Of a stretch of 16,108 bases of DNA, positions 15,871 to 16,108 are shown piece by piece. The DNA is from Bdellovibrionota bacterium (GTDB taxonomy: Bacteria > Bdellovibrionota > UBA1018 > UBA923). Position numbers and translations under genes: made by a program. How positions within the stretch are numbered: position 1 is the stretch's first letter; each line of letters begins with the position of its first letter. The stretch covers positions 20,282 to 36,389 of the forward strand of contig JBFMCE010000038.1 in NCBI GenBank assembly GCA_040754655.1, given 5' to 3'. The notes under the pieces are model-generated. The model was not told the origin of the DNA, searched no databases, and saw only the letters and a program-made list of their open reading frames with translations.

Positions 15871-15918
15871 GTTGTATTTACAGCTTAAGCTTTTGTTGTA
15901 TTTCCGACTTAAGCTTTT
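15871..15918. repeat. Tandem 24-bp direct repeat, two copies
   Basis: GTTGTATTTACAGCTTAAGCTTTT (15871-15894) and GTTGTATTTCCGACTTAAGCTTTT (15895-15918), 21/24 identical. Confidence 0.9.
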
Positions 15919-15990
15919 GGGTAAGATCACCGCTCCTCTGGCAAGCTTGGCCTGTTTGATCCAGAAGATCCTTCTTATCGCTCCGGCGGA

Positions 15991-16012
15991 GCAACTCCCG
16001 CGCGGGAGTTGC
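15991..16012. repeat. Perfect 22-bp GC-rich palindrome
   Basis: GCAACTCCCGCGCGGGAGTTGC is its own reverse complement. Confidence 0.9.
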
Positions 16013-16108
16013 GGGGAACCTTGCCGCGTCTGAATACTCAGTCCCAGTGAACGCTTGTGCCTAAAGGCTTTCCAGGTTTTACCCACTACGAAAAGAGAAG
16101 ATCCAATT

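Noticed and set aside
15871..15918. 24-bp repeats starting GTTG as a CRISPR array
   Set aside because: Only two copies, directly abutting with no spacer, and no cas genes in the window.
16005..16035. Minus-strand GACGCGG...TTCCCCGC as a tmRNA or tRNA-like 3' end
   Set aside because: No GTTCGA T-loop and no acceptor stem or CCA.
15853..16108. Minus-strand ORF (77 aa from GTG 16086, frame open to the window edge) as a gene
   Set aside because: No recognisable motif, and it runs through palindromes and repeats. A second frame (16060-15878, ending QKLKSEIQQKLKL) lacks a good start. It could be the tail of a gene beyond the window, but this cannot be supported from the sequence shown.

Overview
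Gene-dense bacterial window (about 50% GC by eye) with no rRNA, tRNA, CRISPR array or recognisable transposase. Signal peptides and beta-barrel-like proteins indicate a diderm; the many secreted orphans are reminiscent of Bdellovibrionota/Oligoflexia-type genomes (inference only). Left to right: a 5'-truncated TIGR01777 epimerase - lipB - GST operon; a small convergent tail-anchored orphan behind a sigma54-type promoter; a tightly coupled envelope operon (M50 site-2 protease with CBS domains, PAP2 phosphatase, SAM methyltransferase, exported M16 catalytic plus non-catalytic peptidase pair, putative outer-membrane beta-barrel); a second putative beta-barrel; a fungal-type secreted GH15 glucoamylase translationally coupled to a secreted HCxxGKDRTG Cys-phosphatase; a convergent methyltransferase; three secreted orphans (one ADC-like with an EF-hand/dockerin-type insert); and a repeat- and hairpin-rich tail. 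The best candidates for an undescribed system are the glucoamylase-phosphatase pair (possible extracellular phosphoglucan or eukaryote-substrate degradation module) and the M16 heterodimer plus beta-barrel locus (possible protein/peptide import-and-degrade system). All family calls come from motif recognition by eye, not database searches.
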